From contig OZ024740.1 of NCBI GenBank assembly GCA_964016885.1, positions 51,088,001 through 51,152,000 on the forward strand: 64,000 nt of DNA. The letters are read 5' to 3'. Source of the stretch: Eledone cirrhosa (lineage: Eukaryota). Shown here piece by piece: positions 38,870-53,194 of this stretch. Made by a program: the position numbers and the translations under genes. Numbering within the stretch: position 1 is the first letter of the stretch; every line of letters begins with the position of its first letter. The notes beneath the pieces are model-generated. The model was given only the letters and a program-made list of their open reading frames with translations. It made no database searches and was not told the DNA's origin.

Positions 38870-39940
38870 TTACACACATATACATATCAACCATTTATTC
38901 ATACACACACAACATATCAACCATCTATTCACACACACACAACATAACCATCCACATACAATGTATTCATTCACACACACAACACATCCATCCATCTACA
39001 CACATCCATCCATTCATCCACACACACACAACACATCCATTCACACACAACATAACCATCCACACACACAACATAACCATCCACACACATAACACATCCA
39101 TCCATCCATCCATCCACACACACAACACATCCATCAACACACAACACATCCATCCACACACAACACATCCATCCACACACACAACATAACCATCCACACA
39201 CACAACATAACCATCCACAAACACAACATAACCATCCACACACACAACACATCCATCCACACACAACACATCCATCCACACACACAACACAACCATCCAT
39301 ACACACAACATAACCATCCACACACACAACACATCCATCCACACACACAACACATCCATCCACACACACAACACATCCATCCACACACAACACATCCATC
39401 CACACACACAACATAACCATCCACACACACAACATAACCATCCACAAACACAACATAACCATCCACACACACAACACATCCATCCACACACAACACATCC
39501 ATCCACACACACAACATAACCATCCATACACACAACATAACCATCCACACACACAACACATCCATCCACACACACAACACATCCATCCACACACACAACA
39601 CATCCATCCACACACAACACATCCATCCACACACACAACATAACCATCCACACACACAACGTAACCATCCACACACACAACATAACCATCCACACACACA
39701 ACACATCCATCCACACACACAACACATCCACACACACAACACATCCATCCATACACAACACATCCATCCACACACACAACATAACCATCCACACACACAA
39801 CACATCCATCCACACACACACACAACACATCCATCCACACACAACACATCCATCCATCCACACACACAACACAACACAACCAGCTACACACACAACCCAT
39901 TCATTCATCTATCCACACACACACACAACATAATCATCCA
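38870..39940. repeat. 19-21 bp minisatellite (ACACACACAACACATCCATCC / ACACACACAACATAACCATCC variants)
   Basis: Direct reading; produces the spurious C/V/W/D-rich ORFs. Confidence 0.95.
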
Positions 39941-39954
39941 TTAACAATCCTTAC

Positions 39955-40106
39955 CTTTTAACAAGCAAATTTATCTCATTTCCTGATCGAATAATTTCCA
40001 TTTTAGCCTGCTCATGAGTGAGAGTATCAGTATTTGTATTGTTTATCATCAAGATACCATCTCCAGCCTTAGCTCCAGCACAATCTGATATGCTGCCCGG
40101 TTGTAC
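39955..40106 (-). CDS. PDLIM/ALP/Zasp-family gene, exon encoding C-terminal half of the PDZ domain
   Basis: Manual translation VQPGSISDCAGAKAGDGILMINNTNTDTLTHEQAKMEIIRSGNEINLLVK(R) fits the second half of a PDZ domain (GD-x-I ... THxxA ... I). Acceptor ttttttcag at 40107, donor GTAAGG at 39954; 152 nt, phase 0 to phase 2. Confidence 0.93.
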
Positions 40107-40851
40107 CTGAAAAAATAAAATATAAATGAATTAAGAACTACTTAAGTATTTTGAGATGTTTATACTATGACAGTCTAACATCCTTCCCAGTAGGGAGAAG
40201 CCACATTTATTTGCCTCGTGCCATAAAACTGGAGTTAAATACTGGTTTTTCTAGAGTACTAGGAGACAGAAAAGAAAATTACTTATATAGATGTGCATTT
40301 ACTGATATAAATGTCTATGATATTTACTTTTACAAATGTGTATATTTATAAAGATGTTTATATTTGCTTATATTGATGTGTTCTAACATTCTGGGTGGGC
40401 AGTCTAAATTGCATTACTTCAAAGGTAGAGTTTTTTAATAAATATATCACCATAAACTTTTCTAAATCTGAAGGTGCTCCATTGGAAAGTTGCGGATAAG
40501 TGTCATCCAATGCTCCCCAACCCCACCCATGGCTGGAGGCACATTTTCACAATGAAACTGGATTTTGAGAAAAAAAGCACTTGGTTCTACTTGTATAGTG
40601 GTTGTGCTGGTGACACAACAAAAACCACCAAATCCACTCTGTTAGATCGTCATTTTGGTTCCACAATAAAGAGTATTTAGTCCGCACTGTAATGTGATCG
40701 GCATTAGGAAGGGTATCTAGCCATGGAAACCAAACTGAAATACAGATTCGTATGAGCAAGACTTGGTCACCTGACTTGACTTGCCTCATAACATGACATT
40801 TCTAACCCATGCAAGCATGAAAAATAGATGTTAAACGATGATGATTTTCAA

Positions 40852-41160
40852 GCTATGAGTATGATGCACTCTGTCGGTTACAACGAGTGTTCCAGTTGAT
40901 ACGATCAATGGAACAGCCTGGCTGAGCATTCCACACATGCGCGTACTCTTGACGTAGTTCTCAAGGAGATTCAGCATGACACTTAATGTGACAAGGCTGG
41001 CCTTCGAATTAAAGATTCAACTCATTTTTTCCAGCTGAGTGGACTGGAGCAAAGTGAAATAAAGTGTCTTGCTCAAAGGACACAGCACGCCGCCGGGAAT
41101 CAAACTCACGACCTTAAAATTTTCAACCAAATACCCTATCCACAAAGCCATGTGCTTTCA
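40852..41160 (-). mobile_element. CORE-type SINE with a different tail (relatives about 8360-8530 minus, 15937-16080 plus)
   Basis: Reverse complement carries ttgagcaagacactttatttcactttgctccagtccactcagctgg behind a decayed tRNA head. Confidence 0.7.
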
Positions 41161-41439
41161 TGAAAATGGGTCTATATACTCATCAAATACATGGATGACA
41201 TACACGTCATTAAGGGTTCAATAAGATTAAAAAATCAATTAAAGATGTTTATCCTTTTATCAATTTACAGAGAAATTCATATTTTCTGTCATGTTTATAT
41301 GCCTATATAGCGTGGAAGATGGACGTTAAACGATGATGATGATGATAAAGATGAGTTATACATGTTAGTGCAGTTTCAGCTACACACTCTGTATTTATAG
41401 ACATAACTTTATATATATATATATATACACACACACACA

Positions 41440-41443
<4 letters not shown>

Positions 41444-41525
<82 letters not shown>
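41444..41525. repeat. (GA)n microsatellite
   Basis: Direct reading. Confidence 0.95.
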
Positions 41526-41527
<2 letters not shown>

Positions 41528-43768
41528 TTGATGTTGTTAGGGATGAGTGTGTTCGTGATGATAACAGAGTGCATGCCCTCACTGATGCTGAAAAGAAGGT
41601 AGCATGGAAGTGCCACTATGAAAGACTACTGAATGAGGAGAATGGATGGTATGAAGATAGTTTGCCACAAGTTTACCCAACAGAGGGACCGGCTGAGTAA
41701 GTTAGCACCAGTATAGTAGGTAAGGCAATCAGGGATATGAAGACAGGCAAAGCAGCTGGACCTTCAGGGATAGTTGATGAGATACTAAAAGCACCTGGGA
41801 TGGTAGATCATGCCATGGCCACCTGTAATGTAAACCAAATAATACAAAATGGTTATCATACCCAATGATTGGCGTAGCAGCATCATTGTCAACTGCTATA
41901 AGGGTAAAGGGGATGTTCTAGACAGAGAAAACTATAGAGGCATTAAGTTGTTTGACCTGGTCATGAAGATCACAGAAAAAGTCATTGCACAGCTAATTAG
42001 GGGCCAAGCTAACCTAGATGAAATGCAATTTTGGATTTGTGCCAGGTAAAAGTATCATGGATGCTCTTTTTCTTGTGTGGCAACTGCATGAGAAGCACCT
42101 AGCTAAAAGTAAACCCCTCTACTTAGTTTTTGTTGACCTGGAGAAAGTCTTTGACAGAATCCATCATTCCATTATCTGGTGAGCTCTTAAAAAACTAGGA
42201 GTAGATGAATGGCTTGTGAAGGCTGTACAAGCCATGTATAGAGGAACAGTCAGCAAGGTTAGAATTAACAATGACTATAGTGAAGAATTTAGCTTGCAGG
42301 TAGGTGTCAATCAGGACTCTGTCCTTTCTCTCTCCTGTTTATTAATGCCCTACAGGCTATAATAGGAAAGTTTAAGACTGGCTGCCCATGGGAACTTCTG
42401 TATGCTGGTGATCTAACCCTTATAGTTGAATCGATGGTAGAATTAGAGAATAAATTCCAAATCTGGAAGCATGGCCTAGAATCAAAAGGTCTTAAAGTTA
42501 ACTTGTCAAAGACTAAAGTCCTAGTATGTAGAAAGGAAAACAGGGTCCAGATTCCCTCAGAGAAATGACTTTGCTCAGTGTGCAATAAAAGGAGTAAGTA
42601 GAAATTCCATTGTATGTCCCAAATGCAAGCTATGGGTACACAAAATATGTGGTAGGATCACAGGCAAAGAATGTAGGTCTTATATGTGGCCGATGCACAG
42701 GTGCAGTAAGTAGTAAGAACCCACAGGATACTAGCTCCTTTAAATGCCCAAAGAGCTCTGCAGAAATAGTTGACTATTTCTATTACCTGAATCACCAAAT
42801 TATCAGTGGAGGAGGGTGTTCCAAAAGTACAGTAGCCAGAGTAAGAATGAGATGGAGAAATTTCAGAAAGCTACTACTGCAGCTAGCTACAAAACGTTTT
42901 TTTTCTCCTCAAAATGGAGAGCAGATTGTATGATGCATGTATGAACAGCAATGTAGCATGGTAGTGAAACCTGGACGCTATGTGCAGAGAATCTGTGAAG
43001 CCTGGAAAGAAATGAAGTTTGCATGCTCTGATGGATATGTAATAATAATATACACGAACAACAAATCATAAATGAATTGAAAGAGAAATTGGGCACATGA
43101 GGGATCAGATGCAGTGTGAAAGAGAGGAGATTGCATTTGGTGGCCATGTGATGCATATGAAGGATGACAGCTGTATAAAAAGGTGCAGAATGATCAAAGT
43201 TGATGGAAGCTATGGAGTAGGAAGACAAAGGAAGGCCTGAGGTGAAGTGATAAAAGCTGACCTTGCACAATTACACCTCTCAAAGGCAATGACACAGAAT
43301 TGAGGTCTTTGGTGTTATGCAGTAATACAGAAGACCTGCCTTCCCATGCACATGGATTGAAGCATACATCTTGGATGCACCTCTTAACTACTATCCTCCT
43401 TCCCCATTCCGTACACCTCCCACATTCTAACACTCCACCCACATCCTGATCTCAACACCCTTCTCCATGCCTTTACACCTCTGCCCCAATCCCCATTCAA
43501 CACTGTAAGGTCATTTAAATGTCATGACAAAAAGCGCCCAGCCCACACTATAAGGTAGTCATGTAGGTGTCACAACAAATAGCACTCAGCACACACTGTA
43601 AATGTGGTTGGCATTAGGATGGGCATCCAGCCATAGAAACCAAACCAGAAACAGTTCTGTATGAGCAAAACACAGTCACCTGATTTGACTTGCCTCAAAT
43701 GGGACAACCCATCTAACCTATGCTAGCATGGAAAATAAATGTTAAATGATGATGATGATGATGATGAT
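41525..43768 (+). mobile_element. RTE-clade LINE, 5'-truncated degenerate copy
   Basis: Same family as 9305-12272 (AWKCHYERLLNEEN, NYRGIKL, TGCPWELLYA); 3' tail ending in (TGA)n. Confidence 0.92.
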
Positions 43769-44097
43769 ATATATATATATGCCAGAGCTGTTACTACATT
43801 GGATTTTAAATGATTCACCATTTGTTTCAGCTCACTGCACTTTGCATTCAATTCCTGCTGAGGTTAACTTTGCTTTTCATTTTTTTCAAGGTCAATAAAT
43901 AAATTTCCAGTCCACTCCAGTACCTCTTTTTCTCTGTATTTTTTTTCTTTCTCTTGAAGACATTGCTGTGCTTCAACCTGGAGAAGGAAGGGCTATGCCA
44001 GGTTTAAAATGCCCAAGACATGCCATATATCAGGCCAGTGTCCCTATGACTCCATCAGAAGTTAGGGTCCCTTTACTTACCTACCTATATATATATA

Positions 44098-44432
44098 TAG
44101 TGGTTAGAGCATTGGCCGTGCAATCGAAAGGTTGTGAGTTCAATTCTCAGACCGGGTGATGTGTTGTTTCCTTGACCAAGACACTTTATTTCACATTGCT
44201 CCAGTTTACTCAGCTGTAGAAATGAGATGATAGGGACTGGGGTCCATATCATTCCACTGCAAAGTGGTCGTGGAGGTGCCACGGCAAAAAAGCACCCAGC
44301 ACTCACTGTAAATGAGGTTGGTGTTAGGAAGGGCATCCAGCTGTAGAAATCAAGCCAGAATCAATTCCCGTCCCACCCTTGCAAGCAGGGAAAAAGCGGA
44401 GGTAAAATGAAATGAAATGAAATGAAATGATT
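44098..44432 (+). mobile_element. tRNA-derived CORE-type SINE with RTE-derived tail
   Basis: Nearly identical to 63185-63522; ends in (AAATG)n. Confidence 0.85.
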
Positions 44433-45827
44433 TATCCAGTCCTAAATAAATGAGGTTGTGTAGGTGTCACAACAAAAAACACACAGTCCACGCTGTAATG
44501 TGGCCATGTAGGTAACACAGTAAAAACCTCCCAGTCCACACTGTAAATGTGATTGGTTTTTTGACTAAAGTGTACTTATATTTCCCTCTTGCTGGTGTTA
44601 CCATTTACACAACTCATCTATACCATATCCTGTCCTGTTTCTAATCTAAAGACATGCACTTCTTCTCCCTCGTTTCTATGTTGTGTTGTCTCATATGCAT
44701 CTTTGTGGCAGCTTGTTCTCAGCCATCATGCAACCTGGGCTCAATATTATGCAAAAATACCCTTTAGCATTGTCAGAGTATGGCTGGGAGGGAGATGGAA
44801 GTTTTTATTTGTTTGTCCCACATGTTTCGTTTTTTTTCCATGAGCAACTTTGCTATATACACACACACATATATATACAGGTTAATAGAACAGAAAAACA
44901 AGTCACATTTGCTGATATTCAATGATACATTTATTGAATACTAGAAAGTCTAACATATGTTTCAATGCATTATGTAACCAGCCTATCAAATCTACATTGT
45001 TACATAATATATCATTTCTCACTACTCGATAGTACTTAACGTATCCCTTCAGAGAAAACCCAAAATATATATTGTAATTTATATTTCAGAAGAAATTTTA
45101 AAAATTGAAGCAATCAATGGTGACCAACAAAAATGAGAATCAGAACATAAAGTATCACATTTGTGACTCTGGAGAAGGTTGCCCTAAATAACTGGCTATA
45201 AGATATGGATTTGTCACCATGACATTATGATGAAATAGTAATTCAAACACTGAAAGAATAAGGATTCTCTGCTGCCCAAGACATTTAAAACTTCAGTCCA
45301 ATACAATCAAGATAATCATCTATGATCCTAAGGACATCTTGAACTATGGCACCTCACAAAACAAAAAGAAATCACATGTGCTTTATATCCTGATTTACTA
45401 CGGCAGTAGCAAGACAAAGTGCTGTGGAATGTTGAGTGCCAATATCTATCCTGCTTTTTTTGAAACAATGCACCAGCTCACATTGCTCATTTGTCAAATA
45501 CTGCTATTTATGAATGTGGCTTTGAAAAGATAAATAGATAGATATCTCACCGAGCAACACCTAATCACTATAGTTCTTTGCTCCCTATAATTTTCACCTG
45601 CTTCAAAATTTGAAGCACCATTTGAAGAGAAGACAATTCTCCAGTAATGAAGAATTGTAGTCAGCTACACTACAATGGTTGGCTGAGCAGGACAAATAGT
45701 TCTAATTTACTCTTAACATTCTGTAATTATTTAGCAGAAGATATCTAAAAATGGGTTTGCTAATTCAAATTTTGATAGTATCTTTACGAATGGATAAATT
45801 ATAAAAAAAAATTTCAATAAGCTAAGC

Positions 45828-48800
45828 TAAAACTCCAAGTTGGTACCATCAATGTAAGCACAATGAAAGGAAGAGCAGGAGAAATCGTAGAAATGCTAGA
45901 GCGAAAGGAAATTGATGTATGCTGTGTGCAAGAGACTAGATGGAGAGGAGAGTCTGCTAGAGTCTTTGTAGGAAAAAGTCAGTGCTACAAATTTTTCTGG
46001 GTGGGAAATGACGATGGGATGGGTGGTGTAGGTGTCCTACTAGCTGACAAGTGGGTAGATAAAGTAATCTCAGTGTACAGGGTAAATGCAAGAATCATTA
46101 AACTCAGACTAGTCCTGAATAATACAATTACCACAATAATATCAGCTTACGCACCCCAATCGGGGTTGCCAGACGAACTTAAGGTTAGATTTTATGAGTC
46201 CCTAATGCACACTACTGCTCTAACAAACGACAATGACTTCCTAATCATCGCAGGAGATTTTAACGGACACGTAAGTAAACACTGTGACGGCTTCAATAGA
46301 GTCCATGGAGGCCATGGGGTTGGCACAAGAAATGAGGAAGGATTCAGACTTCTAGAATTCTGCGACACCAATGACATGTCGATATGTAACACAAACTTCA
46401 AAAATCCCGACAACTACTTGATCACCTATAGATCAGGGGAGCATTCTAGTCAGATAGATTTTATCCTCATCAGAGGACGTGACAGATGGACGGTTGTAAA
46501 CACAAAAGCCTTCCCTAGTGAAGTGAGGAATGTACCTCCCAACATAGTTTAGTTGTCAGCGACCTCACGGTCAGAACTAGATGAACCTGGAAACAGAGGC
46601 CAACCTGGAGAAGAAATATCTGGAAGCTGAAAGACCCCTCAGCCAGTAACAGATTTAAAGATATTTTACTCAACGCCTATGACAGTAAAGAAGAACAGAT
46701 AGAGACATTCAATGTAGAAGAGCACTGGGAGTTCCTAAAAAATAACTTACTAGAGGCGACGGATGAGATCTGGAGTAAGTGACTTGGTGGTGGAACAATA
46801 AGGTAGATGAGGCAGTTAAGGCCAAGAGACAGGCATGGAAAGAATGGAAGAACGGGGGGAGCAGGGTACATTACATAGAGACCAAGAGGGAAGCTAGGCG
46901 ACAAGTATACTTAGCTAGGAGGGAAGCAGAGGATAGAAAATTCAAGCATGTTTTGCAACGTGAAGACCAGAAACAGGAGGTGTTCAAGAATGCGAGGCAG
47001 TGTGTCAGAGAGAATTGTGATGTCATTGGAGAGAAGTGTATCCGGAATGATAAAGGTGAGCTTGCCTTCACAAGTGCTGAGAAGAAAGATGCATGGAAGA
47101 GCCATTATGATAGATTACTAAATGAGGAGAATGCATGGGATGAAGAGACCCTACCCCAAGTATACCCTATAGAGGGGCCAGCAGTACAAGTCAGCAACAG
47201 CGTAGTAAGTAAGGCAATCAAAGATATGAAGATGGGGAAGGCAACCGGTCCATCTGGTATAGCTGCCGAGATGCTGAAGGCATCTGGGTCTGTAGGTCAC
47301 ACTATAACCACACGTAGTGTTAACCAGGTAATACTAGAAGGTGTCATACCAAAAGATTGGTGCAGTAGCATCATTGTCAACTGCTACAAAGGTAAAAGTG
47401 ATGCACTAGATAGAGGAAACTATAGAGGTATAAAGCTGATGGACCAGGTCATGAAAGTAACAGAAAGAGTTATAGCACAGTTGATTAGGGATCAGGTGAA
47501 ACTAGATGAGATGCAATTTGGGTTTGTACCAGGAAGAGGCACCACTGATGCCCTCTTCCTTGTGAGGAAAAGTACCTAGCTAAAAGTAAGCCACTCAACC
47601 TGGCATTTGTCGATCTCGAGAAAGCCTTTGACAGAGTTCCACGTGCTGTAATCTGGTGGGCTCTTAGAAAACTAGGAGTAGATGAATGGCTTGTGAAAGT
47701 GGTACAAGCCATGTATAGGGGAGCAGTCAGCAAAGTTAAGATTAGCAATGAGTATAGCGAGGAATTTAGCGTACAGGTTGGTGTCCACCAGGGCTCTGTT
47801 CTTAGCCCTCTCCTGTTCATCAATAGTCCTGCAGGCAATAACGGAGGAGTTTAAGACCGGATGCCCATGGGAACTCCTGTATGCTGATGACCTCGCACTT
47901 ATAGCTGAATCTATGGTAGAACTAGAGAAGAAATTCCAAATTGGAAGCAGGGACTAGAAAGAAAGGGTCTCAAAGTCAACGTGACAAAGACTAAGGTCCT
48001 TGTAAGTAGATGAGAAAACAGAACCCAGAACCCCTCAGGGAAATGGCCTTGCTCAGTATGTAGGAAAGGTGTAGGTAGGAACTCCATTCTCTGCCCCAAA
48101 TGCAAACAATGGGCACACAAGAGATGTAGCAGGATCTCAGGAAGCTTAACTAAGAATGTAGGCTTCACATGCAGCAGCTGTGCTGGGACAGCAAGCAGCA
48201 AACAGCCACAGGAAACAAGTACCACCAATCTCTGGGAGGGCTCTGTAGAAACAGTAGACAGCTTCTGCTACCTAGGTGACCGAATTAGCAGCGGAGGTGG
48301 GTGTTCAGAAAGTACAATAACTAGGGTAAGAACGGGATGGAAGAAGTTCAGGGAACTACTGCCACTACTAGCTGCAAAAGGCTTCTCCCTCAAAATGAAA
48401 GGCAGACTGTATGATGCGTGTATCCGAACAGCAATGTTACATAGTAGTGAGACCTGGGCGCTGAAGGTGGCAGACTTACGTAGATTAGAAAGAAACGAAG
48501 CCTGCATGCCCCGATGGATGTGTAATAGTAATATACGCGAACGACAAAGCATAAATGAATTGAGAGAGAGACTGAGCATAAGAGGAATCAAATGCTGTGT
48601 GCAGGAGAGGTGGTTGCATTGGTATGGACATGTGATGCGTATGAAGGATGACAGCTGCATAAAAAGGTGCAGAGCACTAGAAGTCAATGGAAACCGCGGA
48701 GTCGGGAGACCCAAGAAGACCTGGGATTACCCAATTACACCTCTGGCGTCATGCAGTAATACAGAGTACCCGACCTCCCATGGGTACAAGCTGAAGCATA

Positions 48801-49100
48801 TAGACAATATGCCCCCACACCCTCCCACTGCAAGGTGGTCGTGGAGGTGCCACGGCAAAAAAGCACCCAGCCCACACTGTAAAGTGGACGTGAATGCGCC
48901 ACGGAAAAAGAACCGAGCACTCACTGTAAATGAGGTTGGTGTTAGGAAGGGCATCCAGCTGTAGAAATCAAGCCAAAATCAGTTCCTGTATGAGCAAGGC
49001 ATGGTCAGCCAACCAGATACTGCCCACTACAGGACAACCCGTCTAACCCATGCTAGCATGGAAGAACGGACGTAAAACGGTGATGATGATGATGATGATG
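45828..49100 (+). mobile_element. RTE-clade LINE, near full-length ORF with frameshifts
   Basis: APE endonuclease from GTINV...CCVQETRW...SAYAPQ...AGDFNGHV, RT with LYADDL, C-terminal WYGHV...GRPKKTW, 3' UTR and (TGA)n tail. Confidence 0.95.
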
Positions 49101-49971
49101 AAAGACATGAATTTGTAACGTGATGCAGTCATAATGGTGTTTCGTGCTTTTCAATAATGTCTTGCTAATGTGGTCCCATATAGCACAAGATGTTATGAGT
49201 TAAATAGCATTGAGCAATATCCCTCCAAATTTGGTTTATTCAACTATAACTTTGTTAGGCATAAATAAAGCTAACTAATATTCATACATACATTCATGGT
49301 CACACACACACATGCATGCTTGCATATATGACATATTCAAACATGCAGATATATTTACTGATATACATAAACAGAGGAAGGGCATCCAGCTGTAGAAAAC
49401 ATGCCAGATAGTTCTATACAAGCGAGTCATGGTCACCCGACCAATCTAGTCTCAAATGGGACAATTCCTGTCTAATCCATGCTAGCGTGGAAGATAGATG
49501 TTAAACGATGATGATGATAAATGCAGTAATATATATATATATGTGATGTATGTGTGTAGTTAAGAAATTCACTTTGCAACCTTCTGCACAAGCTTATGGA
49601 CATTAAATCATGATATATATATACATATATAGACATATGCTTATACATGTATACAAGCATATATATACATACAAACAAACATACACACGTATGTATGTAT
49701 GTATGTATACATATACATGCACAGAAGGAGGAAGAGGAGAATATGAAAGTCTAGGAAAACTAAATGCTTCAAGCATCTTCATTATAAAATATTGTAATCA
49801 AGGAATTATTAAATAGGGAGTGATGAGAATTTTATAGTAGTATTAGAAGAATAGTAAATAATAAGTGGATTCTGTCCTACAATATACCTGGACCATGGAA
49901 AATGAAATTATCACATGATCCACAAATACTATTTCACTATACACCGTTATTTTTAACTGGTACTATGGTAA

Positions 49972-49985
49972 TGTGTGTGTGTGTC

Positions 49986-50078
<93 letters not shown>
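49972..50078. repeat. (TG)n microsatellite
   Basis: Direct reading. Confidence 0.95.
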
Positions 50079-50080
<2 letters not shown>

Positions 50081-52555
50081 ACACACCTATATATACATAT
50101 ATTTAAGTGTTGTGGGGGATTTATTTCCAGGAAGGAAATTATTTCAACTGTAAGAGTGCGAGAGAAAAAAACGTATTACAAATTCAATACTGCTTAGTTC
50201 ATTAAAATATATATATTTATATAGCCAGCTTGTGTCTATTTTAGTAGCAACAAATATTGAGGAAACTAATGATAGTTACCACCACTACTAACAATACTAT
50301 TATCTCTACCAATACTACCATCAACATCATTGCCATATCACTACCACCATCATTATTACCATTTGCCTTTCATCCTTACGGGGTCGATAAAATAAAGTAC
50401 CAGTAATACACTGAGATAATTGCTGGCCTTGTGCCAGAAGTAGAAACAATTATTACCATTATAAGCACCTCCATCACCACCATCCTGTAATACTGCTGTC
50501 AATAACACCACCTACACCAACACTAACATCACCTCTGCCAAGGCCAGCATCACCCCCATTTGTTTCTGCTTCTCCTATGAAGGAAGCAGCTGGTAAACCT
50601 CTTGAAGGTTAATAGGATAGGTAGCTACCAATACTAAGTAAATGTTTTTTAGTGTAATTTAGTTGAAGACATAGTCTCTAGAAAATGATGTCTATAAATA
50701 ACTGGAATTTGGTAACTGGAAGTAGCATAGAAAAAGAGGAAGGAAGTCGGTGAAAAATAATTCACAAATATTTTGTTGCTAAGAACCAAATAATTAGAAG
50801 GAACTGAACTGCTAGTGGAAATATATCTTCAACAGATATTATGATGTAAGACTTTATGAATAACGTTAGTTTTGTACATATGTATAAACACAAATATTTG
50901 TACAGACATGCATCAGTGTGTATAGCAACACACATACACAGATGCATATTTATGTGCATATGTGCAAAATAAGCATTCGTGCACATAAATACATACCTGA
51001 TGATATGATATTTGAGATATAATTACAAAGTAGAAATTTATCACTGATACATTTATATCAACAGTTATATAATATCATCATCATCAACATCTGTTTCTTT
51101 GCAATCTACCTAACTTATATTGTATCAGCCATGGGAATTAGGTAACTCTAGGTGTGTCAGCCTCTTCTCTGCATCCCAGCCCTCAACATTATTTCCACAC
51201 ACAACCATAATCTCCTGTTTGGAAATAAACTTAACTTCCTTCTGCAGTAATTTCTAGAAAAATCTTTGGTTGGGTTTGAGATTTGTTGAGATCTACATTG
51301 ATAATGACACAAGTGAATATTACGAACCTAATGGCTTCCTTTCAGTATCTAAAATTATTAACAAGCATAAAATGTCAAGCACAAAATCCCCATAAGAAAC
51401 GAAAAATCATTTGTGAGCTGATTAGAGTAAATAATTATAATTACAGGGCAGAGTTGGCTACCCACAAGATCAAGCACCATGAGCTGGAGTGGCTGTTCTA
51501 GTATGTCTCCCTCACCATCCTCCAGGGAAACATCTTCTTCATTTTGTCCACTGGAACCATGAAGTGAACTAACCCTTAAACAATGAGGATTTATGATGAC
51601 AACAATTATAACAACACCTGATCACTATAGTTCTTTTTCAGGAATAGGACATACCTGATCATCATTGGAGATCAATACTATCTTAGTAATGAAATACTTA
51701 ATAAATTTAGTAATTTTATTAAAATACAGTGTATGTCATTAGAAATATAACAAATGGGATAATTTACCTGTGAAGGCATAACTTTCTCCGAACCATAGAA
51801 CCACATCTATTAGATATGCTTTTATAAAAATAATGGTTTCTACTTTTGGCACAAGGCCAGCAATTACCCAGTGCATTACTGGTACTTTATTTTATTGACC
51901 CTGTAAGGATGAAAGGCAAAGTTAACCTCGGCGGGATTTGAACTCAGTCCGTAAAGGGACCTAACTATGCTGCAAAGCATAGTGTCCGACCCTCTACCGA
52001 TACTGCCATAATGCAGTAGTTTCTTCTCTGTGCATGCATTATGCAAAGCCTTATATATATATATGATGATGATGATGATAGATTCATTGGCATTTAACCT
52101 GTCTTTTCCATTTCTCCATTCTCATCCTTACAAATTTAATTCTTCAGTATACTATATTCCTGATATACACCACCCACCATGCTATTCTAAGATAGCAATA
52201 AAACCTTCAACCCAAGGGTGTACAACACAGTGAATGTGGCCATTGGACATCAACTAAAAATTCATAAAGTTTAAGCGTTCTGGATTCTACAAACCTGAAA
52301 TTTATTAATTCATGTCCAATGGCCAAAATAAAGAAATGTGTTTACACATTTGTGGCTATGATGACTAACATCTGGTGCCCTTTCAGATAATTGAAGGTAG
52401 AGAATGGAATACCATTCATCATAAAAAAGTAGATGTCACTAGCAATCATCCTCAAAATTTGCTGATTTTTCATGTCGAAGTGTGCCAGGATTATTGTCAT
52501 AGCAATTTTTTCCAAATTTCTAATAGTCAAGTGTCACTAACTTCATATTAGCATT

Positions 52556-52825
52556 TAACCCTTTAACATTTACATTACTCTATATTTACTATTGTATTTT
52601 CATAGTAAAGGTTTTACCTCACATTATATCTTGCATAATACTGAATCTATGAGATTTTGATATTATTCATTTTGAGAATAATACCTTAACATCAGTTGAG
52701 TGGCCGGTTACAGCCAATTTGAACAGAAAGAGGTGAGAGAATTCTGGCAGGATATAGCCGGTTTGAACAGAAATAGGTGAGAGAATTCTGGCTGGATATG
52801 GCTGGTTTAAATGCTAAATGGTTAA
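52556..52825. mobile_element. piggyBac-like MITE (other copies about 1125-1235, 8090-8345, 62605-62828)
   Basis: ttaaccctttaacattta...taaatgctaaatggttaa termini and shared internal sequence. Confidence 0.75.
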
Positions 52826-53194
52826 ACTGCCTTTGAATCTCTTATTTCAGCAACTTCACCTTTCAACTAAAATTTGCTAACTTTCTGGCCAAAGTTATAA
52901 TATTTCCTGGTGAGACCCTGACATTAGAATTAAATGTATCAGGGACTTCTTTGAGAAACAAAACATTCCGTGTGTAACGGATGGTGGGGTGATAAATTAA
53001 ATTCAAGCTATCATCATCATTGTTTTTATGTCCACTTTTCCATGCTGGCATAGGTTAGGTGGGACTTTTTGAGGCAATGTTTTATGGCTGGATGCCCTTC
53101 CTGACACCAACCCTTTTAGTTGCTTCTTACAACATACAGGAATATGGTGAATCTATTCTAAACCAGCTACACACAGCCTATATATTCAAATAAT

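Noticed and set aside
38967-39908. Three long Cys/Val/Trp-rich ORFs (247-313 aa)
   Set aside because: Translation of a stop-free minisatellite in all frames.
38870-39940. CRISPR-like array
   Set aside because: No unique spacers and no cas genes; eukaryotic tandem repeat.
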